Source: Selaginella moellendorffii
Lineage: Eukaryota; Plantae; Lycopodiophyta
Assembly: GCF_000143415.4 (NCBI RefSeq)
Contig: NW_003314298.1
Coordinates: 434,001 to 498,000 of the forward strand
Reading direction: 5' to 3'
DNA length: 64,000 nucleotides
Under the pieces are notes generated by a model. It was not told the DNA's origin. It did no database searches and worked only from the letters and a program-made list of their open reading frames with translations. Shown piece by piece: positions 23,261-37,620 of the stretch (positions within the stretch are counted from its first letter, which is position 1; every line of letters starts with the position of its first letter). The translations under genes and the position numbers were made by a program.

Positions 23261-24786
23261 AAATACAAATAAGGATACAAATGAAGAAAAGTAATACAAT
23301 AGGAAAATAAAATTACTTGACTTAGATACCACCAAAATATCAATAAAATATAATTTATTGAACAATGTTTAGCTTTTGTCCTTACCAATATAATACATAC
23401 AAAGTAATTAAAAACAAAAGAACAACTAATATAATTAATATACTCCACAATTATGGTATGCCATTTATCTCCCTTTCCACTCACTCTCTTTTTATTTGGG
23501 GTTATTCGATCTTATTGACATTCTTTTCAACACTCATTTAACAATATTTAATTGGCCTAGTAGAAAATAATTTAATTTGCACCTTAAATCCTAAACCCTA
23601 AACACACTATTCCTACTATATATTTGGAACTCGTTATGCTTGTCCTTATGTATATTAGGCCTCACTCTACTATTGCATCTATTTAATTTCACTATGTTGG
23701 GGTTGAATATTTTATTTGGATTCACTACCCTTGTCTTCACTTCACAATCCATATCACTGCATTGTGGGATCTAGGACTTTACATCTTTAGGGGCTTTTTA
23801 TATCTCTAAGAAACTATAGGCACCATACAAATGGAGATCAAGTGAGGGCAATGTACTTGCATTGATCTCACAATTGACTCAAATTCCTCATATCATTAGG
23901 CACAGTCATATGGGAGAGACAAAGGTAGGGACTATGGATAAGGTACAAAGTTCACAACCACTAAGGATTGGGAACATGCATTTGTGGGGTGAGTGACACG
24001 AATTTGAGTTGCACAAAATTGGACTCTTGTTCCTTTGATCTAGACCATACAAAACTAGATTTTAGTTCCATTGATCCCTCATCTACTCCATCATTAGAGC
24101 TAAACTTTTATTTGTCCCTTTTACCTCCTCCAAAAAATAAGGAAAAGTTTAAAGTGTAAGTGAAAAGAGCATTAAAAATGTAATTTTTAGCAACTATCAA
24201 GGCAAAAAAAAGGGAAATAAAGAGAAAGAAATATGCCTAAAGCTTGAAGAACAAGGGGAATTTTATTATAAAATACTTCAACCACCACAAAATAAGTAAA
24301 AAATTCACACTGTTCAACATCCTTAATACACAACTCAATATTTGAGACGAGACAATCAATAGAAAAATCCACTTTTAAAGGAACATATAAACTCCTTAAT
24401 AGCAATGATAAAATAAAGAATTTTGATGATACTCATAATTAGGGATATGCACTCTACCTCAAACTCTGGCAAAAGCAAATCAACCCTTGGAACAAAAGAA
24501 CACTTAACACTAAACTTAATTAAAGACTCCAACAATGAAATGAAAGTAAGATTCTTATCTTCATGCATATACTCAACTTCTAGATTAATATGAGGACATA
24601 AAACACTCAACACATACACTAGACTAAGATTAAAAATCATAAGAGGCACAAATTGTCAATATAAAATGGCAAAGCACCGAGAACAAGAGAAGCTATGTAA
24701 TTATATCCTACAGAAGCTCATATCACCAAAATTTTAATCTAGTGAGGATATAGCCACAAAACATTGTTGGGTGATAACAACTATAC

Positions 24787-25945
24787 TATAAGTTATAAGT
24801 TTTCTTTTTTACAATTTGTTAGCTTACCTCATCTATCTAACCACCTTTGCCTTAGTCTTAATTAAGTTCCTTTGCCAAGGTTTTTATCTATTATACCAGC
24901 TCTTAGATTCAACTACTTATTGCACGAGCGACAAAGTGTTAACCATTCATCCACAAATTCCTAAATTCTCTCCCAATCCCGCTCCCTAAGTTAAAACTTA
25001 AGGTTTGACTAAACTCCCCACAGGCAGAAGCAGCCAAACATATCAAGCCTTTTGGTTCCTAACTTCCTTAACAAGACTTGATTATATGACTCTTTAAATC
25101 CCAAGCCTTGGGTGCATCTTTTACTTCAGGACTCTAAGGGGAAATACCATAGTATAACAACCTAGTATGGTTATGCTTACTCCCTCACTTCTGTCCCAAA
25201 AAGATTGCCCAAGCCCTCAAAAGGAGCAAGGATGAATGAGTCACATGGTACTCAAATGGGCACCCGTCCACATAAGCCAGAAGCACCACAGTCAATTTCT
25301 CTTCTGAGAGTGGGAGCTACTTTTAAGCACTTCTTTGGATGGCCTCTTTAGCACAACTTGAGTCTATGTTTACTCACGCACGAAGCCACTAACCCTTAGT
25401 CCCAACCTCAACTCAATTTGAAAGCACCACTAGAGAGTTCCTTCAAGACTCAGTCCTAAATTAAACCCTTCCTAGCATACTTTTGGAACCCCTTAACCCC
25501 CGCCCCCCTCTGCCCCCCCCGAGGGGATGATTACTTTGGGCTTTCACCCTGTGACCTATATTAGTATTTGAATTTGGTCTCAAACTCAATCTCATACTTG
25601 ATCTTGGACTCAACCTTAAACTCAGTCTCAGACCCGATCTTGAATCTTGAACTCGGTCTCAAACTTGGTCTTAGAGTTAGTCTCAGACTCAATCTCAAAC
25701 TCGGTTTTATTTAATAAACTCTTTATCATTCGGGTCATGATTTCCAAGATCCTTGAGCCTACAGCCATTAGTTCCTTGACTTTATAACTCATAGAAGAAG
25801 TTTAATGCCTATATTAAATGTCTTTATTTAATTGTATGAGTTGTTGGCCATATTTCTGGAGGCATCCCCCTATTTAGTAGTGTGCCTAAGTCAACCTCTC
25901 CAATTAAGAGCCCATGATAATGAGATATAAATGTCTTTATACTAC
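24787..25945 (-). mobile_element. Decayed family A LTR
   Basis: Reverse-complement similarity to about 7190-8482; hexamer array at 25570-25710. Confidence 0.75.
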
Positions 25946-25984
25946 CTTGCAAAAATTCCTTCACTAGATCTCAAGCATTCCCTA

Positions 25985-27015
25985 GGTTCTACTAGGCTCG
26001 TGAGTGAGGCACATTAGCAACTCAAGGTTACACTTTGAGTTGGCAAGATTAATGTTAGCCTATCGATGGTTTTATGAGTTGTTTTATATATTGTAGGTAA
26101 AAATAAATTTTCCCTAGATTTGCTATAAGTGGCAAATAAATTGGTTTGTAGTTGTTTAGTATAGCACTAGTGGATCCTTCCTAGGCATGATTATAAATGG
26201 ATCAATTAAAACTGTAGGGATTAGTCTATTGGTTCAAATAGTCATTGTTGTGCTCTTTCATAAATTTTTCTTGGATTACACTTAAGGCAATGCAAACACA
26301 AACTTGAAGTTTAGTCAAGTTGAGTCCAAAAAAAATTATCAAGGATGAAGGATTAAATATATAAATCATTTTCTCTTTTTGGAGAGGTGATTTGGTAATA
26401 AGGTGTGATTTCATTGCTTGTATTCACATCATGCAATCAAGAGTCCCTACCTTGATGCATATTGATTATGATGGTTTTATAAATAGTGAGTCATGGGATG
26501 GATAATGGTGAAATGCTAAACCATTTTTCTTAAACTTGCTATTGAAAATTTGGGTTATAATGCTCAATTCTTTTCTAGAGAACTTTGCTATTGCTCTTTA
26601 AGTAACTTGGTGTTGGATTAGTTATAAGTTTGGTCAAATAAAAGAGTGGTATAAGATTGTCCATGTTGTGAACAAAAGTTAGTGATATTGAGTGTTGTAA
26701 ATCTCTATTGATGGGGTATGGCATTTATATTGCATTTTGGAAGTACTTGATACTCATATAAACCTTTGAAGTAATGACATAAGTATTATTTGTGGTGTTG
26801 CTTAATTGATGATCAAGTCATTATAATACTTATATCATATCCATATGATTGCGAATGATGTGTTTACTAAATTGCTTGGTTAAACAATGATCAACCCCAA
26901 AGTGGTTGATAATGAAGCTAGTTTACTTACAAGTAATAACATTGTAGTAGCTTTGACTAGATTCTTGATAGTGATTCATTATACTAAACTTAAGTTAATG
27001 CCTTGGTTTCTTTGA
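25985..27015 (+). mobile_element. Third fragment of the LARD internal region
   Basis: Collinear with about 13321-14350 (TGAGTGAGGCACATTAGCAACTC...). Confidence 0.85.
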
Positions 27016-27199
27016 TAAGGTCCTAAGCTTTACTATCCCTACTATACTTGTGGAACCCCTTGTAGCCCTTTGGTAATTCATTATACTAAGTTTAAGTTGA
27101 TACCTTAGTTTTTTTAATAAGGTTCTAAACCTCACAATCCCTACTATACTTGTGGAACCCTTTGTAGCACCCCCCCCCCCTTCCACACGACTTATTGTG

Positions 27200-29005
27200 T
27201 TCCTTTCTTACAGCTTATCATTGAAATACATATTAATAGCTATATCTATTGCTTCTTTGTAGTTAGTTGGGTTCCAATGCACTAAGTACAATTTTGCACA
27301 TAAAACCTTTGTTGAGCTCGGTAACCACAACACTTAAAAGTAATCTTCTATATCATAAAACTAATTCTTTACCACTTTATAGTCATTCAGTCACTTGAAA
27401 ACTGATGAGGGCTTTAGTTTGTACTTAGGAACTACTTAAGGGATTGATTCTACTTTAGTTTGTTCAACTTTATTAGATTTTGCCTTAATCTCTACCAAAG
27501 GGTCTACATCTTTTGCATTGCTAGCCTCTACAATCTTTTGCCTTTTTTTTTTTTTTTCTCATTGCACTTTATCTTTAACAGAGTATTGGTTTGTGCCAAT
27601 TGTCCTTCCAAAGTGTCCAATTAAGCCTTAAACAACCGAACTTCACCACAAGACTCTTGTTTAAAAGTTTCTTCCTTAGAATCTTCCTCATGTAAGGATT
27701 CCTCATTCAAACTTTTTATTCAACTAAAGGTTCCATCTCTGGAGAAGGTTTTATCTTTGCTTTGGTTCACTTATGCCCTACTTTAGCCATCTCCTAACAA
27801 TTCGCTTCTATCCTTCACTATAATTGATACCAAATTATAAACCATCTCTCAGCAATTTACCTTTATCTTTCGCTAAAATTAAGGAAAAAGCTCCCATACC
27901 AAATTGTAAGCCATCTCTCAACAATCTATTTCTATCCTTCCCTAGAATTAAAGAAAAACTTCTAATACCAAATTGTAAGTTATAAATTTTTCTTTTCCAA
28001 TTTGTCAACTTACCTCATCTATCCAACCACCTTTAATTTAGCCTTAGTTAAATTCCCTTATCAAGGTTCCCACCTATTATACCATCTCTTACTTGGATTC
28101 AACCACTCATTATATGAGTAACCTATCTATCTACAAATTCCTAAATTCTCTCCCAATTCCTTTCCCCATGTTAAATTGGACTTAAAGTTTAACTACACTC
28201 TCTATAAGTACAAGTACAAGTAACTAAACATACCAAGCCTTTAGGTTCTTAACTTCTTTAGGTACAACAAAACTTGATCATAAAACCCTTTAAATCCTAA
28301 GCTTTGGATGCATCTCTTACTTTGGGACCTAGGGGAAACATTATAGCCTAATAGCCCAATATAAGTACTTTTACTTCCCCCACTTTCATCCCAAAAGGAA
28401 GGCCTAATCCCCTCGAAAAGAACAAAGACTAATGAGCTACATAATACTCAAATGGGACACCACACCACATAAGTTGAAAGCACTACAATCGATTTCCCTT
28501 CCGAGAGTGGGAGTTGCTTTTAAGCACTTCCTTGAATAGCATTTCAGGCACCACTCAAGTCCGTACTCACTCTCACTCAAGGCTATTATCCCTAGTTCCA
28601 ACCTCAACTCAATTTGGAAATACAATTGGAGAGTTCCTTCAAAACTGGGATTGAGTTCTATACCTCACTATCCCTACTATACTTGTGGAACCTTTTGCAA
28701 TCCCCCCTTCCCCAAGGGATGATCACTTTAAGTTTTCACCCTATAACCTGTATTAGTATTCAGGGACTTGGTCTTAGACTCAATCTTGGACTCAGTCTCA
28801 AACTCAGTCTTGGACTCAGTCTTAGACTTAATATTGGACTTTGGACTCAGTCTCAAACTCGAGTTTGAACTTGATATCAAACTCAATTTTGGAGTTAGTC
28901 TCAAACTCAATCTTAGACTTGGTCTCATCTGATAAACTCTTTATCATTTCGGTCATGATTTCTGGGATCCTTTAGCCTATGCCTACTCGGGGAGTTGATT
29001 CCTTA
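27200..29005 (-). mobile_element. Family A 5' LTR (27974-29005) with PBS (27961-27970) and a decayed downstream, possibly gag-like, region
   Basis: Minus strand reads ...CTTACA-ATT-TGGTATTAGA (degenerate iMet PBS); hexamer array at 28765-28925. Confidence 0.65.
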
Positions 29006-29899
29006 TGTGCACCTCATTTGTAGCCTTGGATGACACACTCCTTGATCAATGATGGTGTGGTATGGTGGAAGAAGAGAATGTAGTAGAGATTGAAAAAGAA
29101 AAATAAGATCTAGATAAAAGCTAACATAGATCTAGATCTAAAGAACAAGGGAATAATAACAAAAACATGATCTTAAACATTAAGTAAAGAACTATCAAAA
29201 CACTTTACCCTTTAGGGATAAATTGTAATGCCCCTAGTGTTTGAGATATGAGAACAAGTGGGGTTTAAACCCCTTCTTATAAATGGATCAAATTTAATCT
29301 CAAATGGATGGTCAAATTCTGTAATACTATAATTAACATATTACTTAACATGTATATACAAATATGTATTTAGAAACTTTATATATATTATTTTACATAT
29401 TAATAACTTAGTTTTCCTCTCTTTAGTTTGGCTTCCCAATTTATTATATTACTTCTTGCTTTGCATTTAGTATAGGCTTATGTATAAACTCCATATCATC
29501 TTAGTTGGTGGAGTACTAACATTATATTAGGCCATAGGTATGCTTATATTGTGTCTTATTGTTTTGACTGTTTTGAGACTTAATCTTAAAATTAGAATTT
29601 TAGGAGGTGTAAGTATATATTGGCAAAAATATCTAGTTCCTATATAGCAAACTAAGAGCTTCTCACCTCCCAACCACCCTTGAGCCACTCTACTTTATTA
29701 TCACAAGCAAAGTATGGAGTTCAAGGATTGTTATCCACTAGTTCCTCATTAAATTAGTGATAAGACTCAATACTAAGTATGGGTTGCTAATCTAACCAAG
29801 GTTAAGCATAGTAGCAATCTCACAACTACAGAATTGATACACTAGTTGTTATGACCTAACCCTAAATAACAAACAAAGAAGTGTAGCCTTGCCTAGATT

Positions 29900-31850
29900 A
29901 TATTATACCAGGTTCCTCACCATCCAACCACCCCCAGATACCTCAAATGTTTCACCCCCTTAATGTAGGTTAAGTTCTTTACCCTAAAATCCATCTTAAT
30001 ATACCCTTGAATAATGCCTAACAATTCTTGGATTTTCCTGGATGATGTTTAATAGAACACTTCTCAAACTCTATAAATTAGACCATTTAATAAGTTTGCC
30101 TAGTGTTCAACTCTTTCTGTGTGAATAGATGCATAAGAGGTTTGTGATCTATTAACACCACAAACACTGCACTATAAAGATAGTGCCTTCATGTTTGCAA
30201 AACATGAATAATTGAAAGTAACTTTTACTTATATATGGAATATCATTACTCCATAGAATTTAAAGTCTAACTCTTATATGCAATGGATTGTCCCTCTTGT
30301 ATAAAAAATCCCTCTAGTGCATACATGTCACTTTATAAAGTATTGATGGATCAACAATATGAAATACTAAAGCTTCACTCAACAACTATTTCAATGCCAC
30401 AAAATTGTTCTTTTATAATTTTGTCCACTCAAATGACGCATTCTTACACAATAATTGTGTGAAGGAATAGCCACCTTCACAAACTAGTGCTAGAAACGTT
30501 CGTAGTAATTAACCATACTAAGTAAATTATGTAGCTCAGCCATTAAAGTTAATGTAGACTAATTTTCCACCCTAGCCACCTTTTTTAGATCTATCTTAAC
30601 ATCCTTAGATGTCACAATGTAGCCTAGATACTTCACTTTTGACCTTGCAAATTTATATTTGCTCTTTTTCATGTAAAGTTAATTGTTATATAGTAACAAA
30701 AGAACTTTATGTAAATGCACTTTATACTCCTCTATATTCTTACTAAAAATAAGAATATCATCTAAAAACTCTCTACAAACTCATGTAAATAATTTTTAAA
30801 CACCTCCACTATCAACCAAGTAAATGTGGCTAGTGCATTCATCAAACTAAATAACACAATTGTGAATATAAAATATCTAAAGCTTGTATTAAATACTGTT
30901 TTGGAGATAAATATGTTATCCATTGCAATCTAATGATATTCAATCCTCATATCAATCCCTATAAATACTTGGGTTTCGCCAAGTTTATCTAAGATATCAT
31001 CTACATGTAGCATTGATATTTCATCTTTTACTATATTTTTATTCAAAGTTAATGCACATCTACATTGAGCCATCCTTTTTCAAAAGCAAAATTGGTGCAC
31101 CAAACAAATATTTACTTAGCTTAATAAATTTAAACTCAATTAACTTCTTGATTTATCATTAAACTTCTTGCTCTTCTGCATAGTACAGCCAAAATAGATG
31201 TTCTTAAATTGGCTTTGTCTTTGACTCTAGTGTAATCTCATGTTCCACACCTCATAATAGAGGCAACCTATAAAAAGGTTTAGATGAAAAATATAAAACA
31301 AAATTCAAGTATATCCCACATTATTACTTCTCCTTTACATGTGTTTTAGTCCCCCAAGTCACAAATAAATAATAAATAACTCCAAAGTGATTTTTTATTA
31401 CAACAAGTCCACTTTAAAAATGTAATAAAGAGTATAATTGGAGGTTAAACTCTCTTTTCAAACCATACATCCTCAACACCACTATACTTCAGTGAGACAT
31501 ATTTAATACTTCACTTTATCTTTGAATCTACCTTTACCAACCATAACATCCCAAAAATGAAATCTATATAATAAATTTCTACAAATAAAAAATCTTTAGA
31601 AGTATGATTTTTCTAATCAGCCCTTCTATATAAGCATTGAAATGCTAGATAGAGGTAGCTACACTTTCCATTATAAATAAAAGACTCCTCCTGTCACTAA
31701 GCATTTAGAAATTTTTCTCTTTAACAAACTTTACCAAAACAAAATTATCAAATCACTCTTACTACACACAATTGAGTTAATGAGTAATGATTAAACACAT
31801 CTTCCATGAATTAGAATAGTTTTTCTGTCATCCTCACATTATAAATTTTG
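29900..31850 (-). pseudogene. Ty3/gypsy pol remnant (protease, RT, RNase H)
   Basis: Minus-strand motifs in gypsy order: DFIFGMLW (about 31540-31570), GVEHEITLE, GAPILL.KKDG, FLDDILIFSKNIEEYKVHL (about 30715-30770), IDHKPL, IKHHPGKS; many stops. Confidence 0.85.
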
Positions 31851-32479
31851 TAACTTTTTAATATTTCATCCATTACATTGTTGTTTTATGCTGCCATGTG
31901 GGTGCTGCAAGACCCTCAAGATGCTATTGATTAATACGTGCAGTGGGGTGTGTGACAAGAAGACTGCAAAGCTTGAAAAAAAAGGTAAAATTGTTAAACT
32001 TGTAAGTGAATACACGTTAATTTTGAAAAGATTTTTTAGACAAACATGGAAACCAATATCTTCCTCTTATATCAGGCTGTGCCTTCCAATAGAGAACATT
32101 GAATGGACAAAATTAGTAGTAAACAAAATTTCAATGATGTTTAAAATCCAAAAAGATTGCCATTTTACTACTTGTTCTTTAGTTATAGATAATCAACCTT
32201 ATAATGTCTAAATTTACTGCAATGATAATAACCTTCCTCACAAAGAACTTTTCCTTTGCATCTAAAATAACCACCACATATTTTAGTTTGTGATGTTTGT
32301 TCTTGTCCTTCTGTTTACATCAATCATCATAATAATTCTCGACCATAAGACTCCTTGAATGCTTGAGTTAGTACATAGCTCCACCAGAGGAACACAAAGC
32401 ATACCAGTTGCTCGAAATGTTGAAAATGGCTGTAGTGCCCATCACAAATTGTCAAGACAAAACAGCATTGATGTTTCAT

Positions 32480-33881
32480 TTAGCCAACTCTTTCTAGAAC
32501 TGGGAGCCTGTAGTGCAAGGTGACTGCTGTGTCGGGATGGTGAGTCGCAGGAGCATAAAACTGGAACTTCATCACCAGGTAGGAAAGACTTGGAGCCACT
32601 CCTGTAGATGGAAAGAATAAAAAAGAAAGAAAGACAAAACCCATACCAACATAGCATGTGTCTGGCCTTGTCAAACTGCATTGCAAGCTCTTCGCAAAGT
32701 GTTTGATCTTCACTTGCTGCCATACAATCAAGAGTGTTTAGTAGGAATCCAAGAGTTTTCTTTCAGTGCGTACCACAGAAGACGCTTCTCCCCTGGCTAG
32801 AGCTTGTTCCAGCCGCGTCGCTGGACTGGCGGTCGCGTCTAGAGTGGAGCCAGCAGCCGCTACAAAAGCAACACCTTGTCTGTTTTACTCTAGAAGACTA
32901 TAGGAAAAAAAACAAAAAAGCGTTTTTCTACGCACCTCTTTCCCCTAGCACTTGCAGCCTCCGAAACTCGGAACCTATAGACACCAAAGTGGTGGACACT
33001 TGGAGGTGCACATCGCCATGAAACGTTACTGCCACGTCCAGAGCTTCTCCGACGTTCTTGAGGCGATCCACCAAGATTTGGAGCTGACCCAAGTCGGGCA
33101 TCTGTACAAGAGTCTGTCCAAACAAGACTAAGTAAAATAAAGTGTAGAATTCCTGGAGGACAAGAAAAAAACTTAGTGATACCCGAGGCAAATTGTGAAC
33201 AGCGTCAATGGTGTCTTGAAGCTCCTGGACGTCGCCTCGACTCAGGGGCTGTGAGATTGGGATGTCCTGAACAACAGCCGATCTGAATCCCTGGAGAGTT
33301 TCTTAGATGCCATACGAAAAATCGAGCTAGCCTAGACGAAAGACGAAGAAGAAGAAGAAAAACATACCTTACTTTCCAGAGTGAGATATGGCATTGGACG
33401 CTCGTTCAAAGAAGGCCGCTTCTTCACCAGCTTGATTTGCAGCTTATCTCCATCCATGCTCACGCTGCTCTTGAGCGCTCGCAGCAGCAGGTTTAGATCC
33501 AGCGCGAAAGCAATGCGGTCTTCGTTCTGGCTGGAAATCCGATAGTCATCGAACAGCAGTGCCTAAAGCACACATGTATCAGACAGAGGAAGAAAAAAAC
33601 GAAAGAGAGTGAGAAAAAGAATGCCCACCTCCTTGAACTGCGCAATCGCCTGGACGCCATCGGCATTGACGGCATTGTGCATAAGCGTGACGTGCGTCCT
33701 GGTGAGATAGACGTAGCACGTCTTCCCAATCTTCTCAAACGCCGGCACGAATTCTAGCAAAGAACCGGCGAGGAGGATCCATCAAGAAGATCGAGCTATC
33801 TACCGATCGAATCGATGGAATCGGCTTACTCTTCTCCAGCGTCGTGACGCCCTTGTCCGTGAAGAATGCCTTGAATTTCAT
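32480..33881 (-). CDS. HUS1: Checkpoint clamp (9-1-1) subunit HUS1, multi-exon
   Basis: MKFKAFFTDKGVTTLEK...FVPAFEKIGK...YRISSQNEDRIAF...KHFAKSLQC...LHYRLPVLE; GT-AG introns. Confidence 0.88.
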
Positions 33882-34234
33882 CGTTAGGGTTTTAGGGCAA
33901 AGCCCAACCAGAGGTTTAGTTAATGTTAATAATACAGAGTAACATTAAACATGGAGATAAATTTATCCCTAGAATATGCTCAAACAGTGTTTATTTATTC
34001 TGACGTAATTTGATTAATTTTAAATCACGAATGACTTATAGCGACCTTTTAACTCGAGCGTCCAATAGAATCACATGATGCTAACGTGTGAGTGGAAGTT
34101 TTGTCTCGTCATTGAGGACCACACTCGTGGTAGCGTACAGCGTTAGTAGTCCACGGCTCCAAGTCGGGAGTATATATCTTTTGTTCATGCTCCAAGCTCC
34201 CCAGAGTCGATCATCAATAGTGAAGCGTGTAACC

Positions 34235-37200
34235 ATGGCTACTATAGCTTCTACTTGCCAGCTCCTGTTTTCGCACAAAACCACAGTCAGTCGAAGCTTT
34301 GAGAGGAGAATCGCAAGTAGGACTCACCAGAGATGCCTCGTCACAGCGAAGGTTGCCAAGCAAAAGAGCTCCAGCGTTGCCACCGCGCCTGCTTCTCTAG
34401 AGATCGCCCCGGATGTTGCGACGCAGCGCGGTGTTTCATCGCCGGTCCTTCTTGAATGCGTCCTGGTCGTGTACAAGAAGAACGTGCTAGATCTCGTTGA
34501 CGTCCTCGCGGATTTCCGGGACGACGCCGCCGATCTTCTGCTCGGCAAGAAGGTGACGGTTCAGCTCGTGAGCGAAGAACTGCTTCCTGGTAAGCACGAA
34601 AGCGGTTTAGATGCTGAACTTAGCTTCTTACCTGCCTTTGGTTCTCTACAGGCACCCAGGAACCGAAGATGAGCGACGTGGTGCCGATAAGTCACTGGTA
34701 TTGTGCTCGAGACAGAATCGAAGCGAGCGGATGTATCACACACAAAGTCCAGATAGTTGTAGATAAGAGCTTCGGGACTGTTGGGGCTGTTCGTATTGGC
34801 AATGCTCACCCGAATGAATTCTTTCTCAGCACCTTCCACATTGTGCAGCCAGATGGAACTTCAGCTTACTTCACCAGTGATTCATGGCTGCACCCGACCG
34901 CGGAGAACTGCCCCCGAATTTTCTTCAGAAACAAGGTAAGGCATCTGCACATATATTATTTTTTTTCGTTAAAGCTGAGGAAAGAAAAATCTGATGTGAT
35001 AAGGTGTGCCTACCTGGCAACACTCCCTTGGGCCTGAGAAACTTTCGTGCACGAGAACTCCAAGATATTCAAGGCGACGGAACAGGCGAGCGAAAGGATA
35101 GCGACCGGGTTTACGACTACGATGTGTACAACGACCTCGGGAACCCTGACAACGACATTGAGCTGCGGAGACCCGTTCTTGGAGGAGGCGAGTTTGCTTA
35201 TCCTCGCAGAGTTAGAACCGGTCGCCCGCCTACACAAACAGGTGAGTCATGAGTTCATACAAAGAGCAATTTTACTTACCGATATCTAAGCTAAACAGAT
35301 CCACGGTCGGAGAGTTTGCCTCCTGGAATCGATAACATGTATGTCCCGTCGGACGAAACGTTCATGAGAGAGAAAAACTCCAACTTCGTAGGGGACACGA
35401 TCAAGGCCGCTGCACATTTTCTGGTTCCAGCTATCAAATCGGTATACAGGAGGGACAAGAGCCCTTACTTTCAGAGCTTCGAACAGATTATAGCGCTGTA
35501 TGACGACGGTATTGAGCTGGGACAAGACGTCAGTAGTACAAATGCAAATGAAAAGAAGAAACTTCGGAATCCCTTCACCTTGATCAACCAGCTGACAGAT
35601 ACCGATAAAACCAACAACAACCTTCTCAAGTACCCGTTGCCGCAAATTATCCAAGGTAGGATATGGAGCTGTTCCGGGGTTTTGCCTCTCATCGTCGCTT
35701 CTTTTTGCAGATGATTGTGAATCCTGGATGCTGGATTATGAGTTCGGAAGGCAGACTATTGCGGGCCTGAATCCCATGATAATAAAAAAGCTCGAGTGCT
35801 ATCCTCCTGTAAGCAGCCTGGATCCTAAGATTTTCGGGCCAAAAGCCACTGCACTGAAAGACGAACACATACTGGATCAGCTCAACGGCCTCACTGTTCA
35901 AGAAGTAAGAAAGTATTTTTCTAAGAACCAAGCTTCACCGCTGGTGTTTGTCAGGCTCTGGAGGCGAATAAGCTCTTCATCTTGGATTACCACGATGCAT
36001 TCCTGCCATACTTGAACAGGATTAATGCGCAGGAGGGAAAGAAAACATACGCAACACGGACTATATTGTTTCTTACAGACAGAGGTGTCTTGAAGCCTAT
36101 AGCCATCGAGTTGAGCCTCCCAGCAGCAACAGCGACCGGCCAGAGAAAGAACAGGGTATTTGTCTGCTCCGACACACCAAAGAGGGACTGGGCTTGGGAA
36201 GTTGCCAAAGGACACGTTGCCGTGAATGACTGTGGATATCATCAACTCATTAGTCACTGGTAAGAGAATGATACAAAAAAATATATGGCAATGCTTACCT
36301 GATCGCGCTCATCCAGGCTGAGAACGCATGCCGTCATGGAACCGTTTATAATTGCTATGCACAGGCAGCTGAGTATTCTTCATCCAATCTACCTCCTGCT
36401 GATTCCGCACTTCAAAGACACAATGACCATCAATTCCAAAGCTCGCCAATCGCTGATCAATGCATCAGGAATCATCGAAGACAACTTCACACCGGGAAAA
36501 TACTCCATAGAATTAAGTGCTGTCGTCTATGGATCGCTGTGGAGATTCGACCAGCAGGGACTTCCAGCTGACTTGATCGCCAGGTAAGGGGATTTCTAGC
36601 TTGAAACTATCCAAACGAAAAGCAAGCACGATTTTTTTTCCAGGGGAATGGCTACTCCAAATCCGAAAGCCAGACACGGCCTAGACCTCCTCATTGAAGA
36701 CTATCCTTACGCAGTGGATGGACTGAACCTCTGGAGTGCATTGAAGCAATGGGTGACGGACTACACAGACATTTTCTACAAGGACGATGCTTCAGTCAGG
36801 GATGACACTGAGCTCCAGGCATGGTGGCAAGAAATCGTGAATGTTGGTCATGCAGACAAGAAAGTTGGATGGACAGACCTGAACACAAAAGCAAACTTGA
36901 TCGAGGCACTCACCACCATGATTTGGATCCCATCGTGCCACCACGCTGCTGTTAACTTTGGCCAGTATGCATACGCTGGATTCCCAGTGAACAGGCCGAC
37001 CATCTCTCACAAGCTCATTCCCGACGAAGACACCGAAGAATATAAACAGCTGCGAAGAAACGGGGAGAAATTCTACCTCTCATCCTTCTCCACCAAAACC
37101 GAAGCGACGCAAGTGATGACAACCATCGAGATCCTCTCCACGCATTCATCCGACGAAGAGTACCTGGGCACGCGGCCGGAGCACTGGACGAGCGACAAAC

Positions 37201-37388
37201 GGGTGCTGGACGCATTCGAGCGATTCAAGGCCGCCATAGCCGAGACAGAGGCCGAAGTGATGGCAAAGAACGCAGATCCAGAGCTGGAGAACCGCCGCGG
37301 CCTTGTCAATCTACCCTACACGCTCCTCGCCGTGAGCTCGTCCCCGGGCATCACTGGCCGAGGAGTCCCCAACAGCATCTCCATCTAG
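34235..37388 (+). CDS. LOX: Plastid-targeted lipoxygenase, probably 13-LOX, multi-exon
   Basis: Ser/Thr/Arg-rich transit-like N-terminus; [31 protein letters not shown] and C-terminal PNSISI; bulky Phe in [11 protein letters not shown] suggests 13-LOX. Confidence 0.93.
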
Positions 37389-37435
37389 ATGGCGCTACCA
37401 TTGTAGGGTTAGGGTTCTTCATACTTTAGTTATAA

Positions 37436-37462
37436 TTCTCTCTCTCTCTCTCTCTCTCTCTC
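37436..37462. repeat. (CT)n microsatellite
   Basis: Direct inspection. Confidence 0.9.
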
Positions 37463-37464
37463 CA

Positions 37465-37620
37465 TTCTTCTAGAACGCCAAGAACTCGGCCGATCCGCTG
37501 CAATACAGCCTTGAATCCCTGCTCTTCCTGGAGTTATCTCTGATTTGTTCCTTTGCATTCTCGATGACTCCACCACGAGCTTGTCCTGGTATCCTTCTAC
37601 ACTTAAAATTAAGATCAAGA
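37465..37620 (-). pseudogene. Internally deleted metacaspase remnant
   Basis: GGVIENAKEQIRDNS (cf. [15 protein letters not shown]) joined directly to the 3' end (TAGAACGCCAAGAACTCG, cf. 41655-41672). Confidence 0.75.

Noticed and set aside
34088-34234. Upstream GTG-initiated extension of LOX
   Set aside because: ATG 34235 has good context (AACCATGG) and begins a transit-peptide-like sequence.
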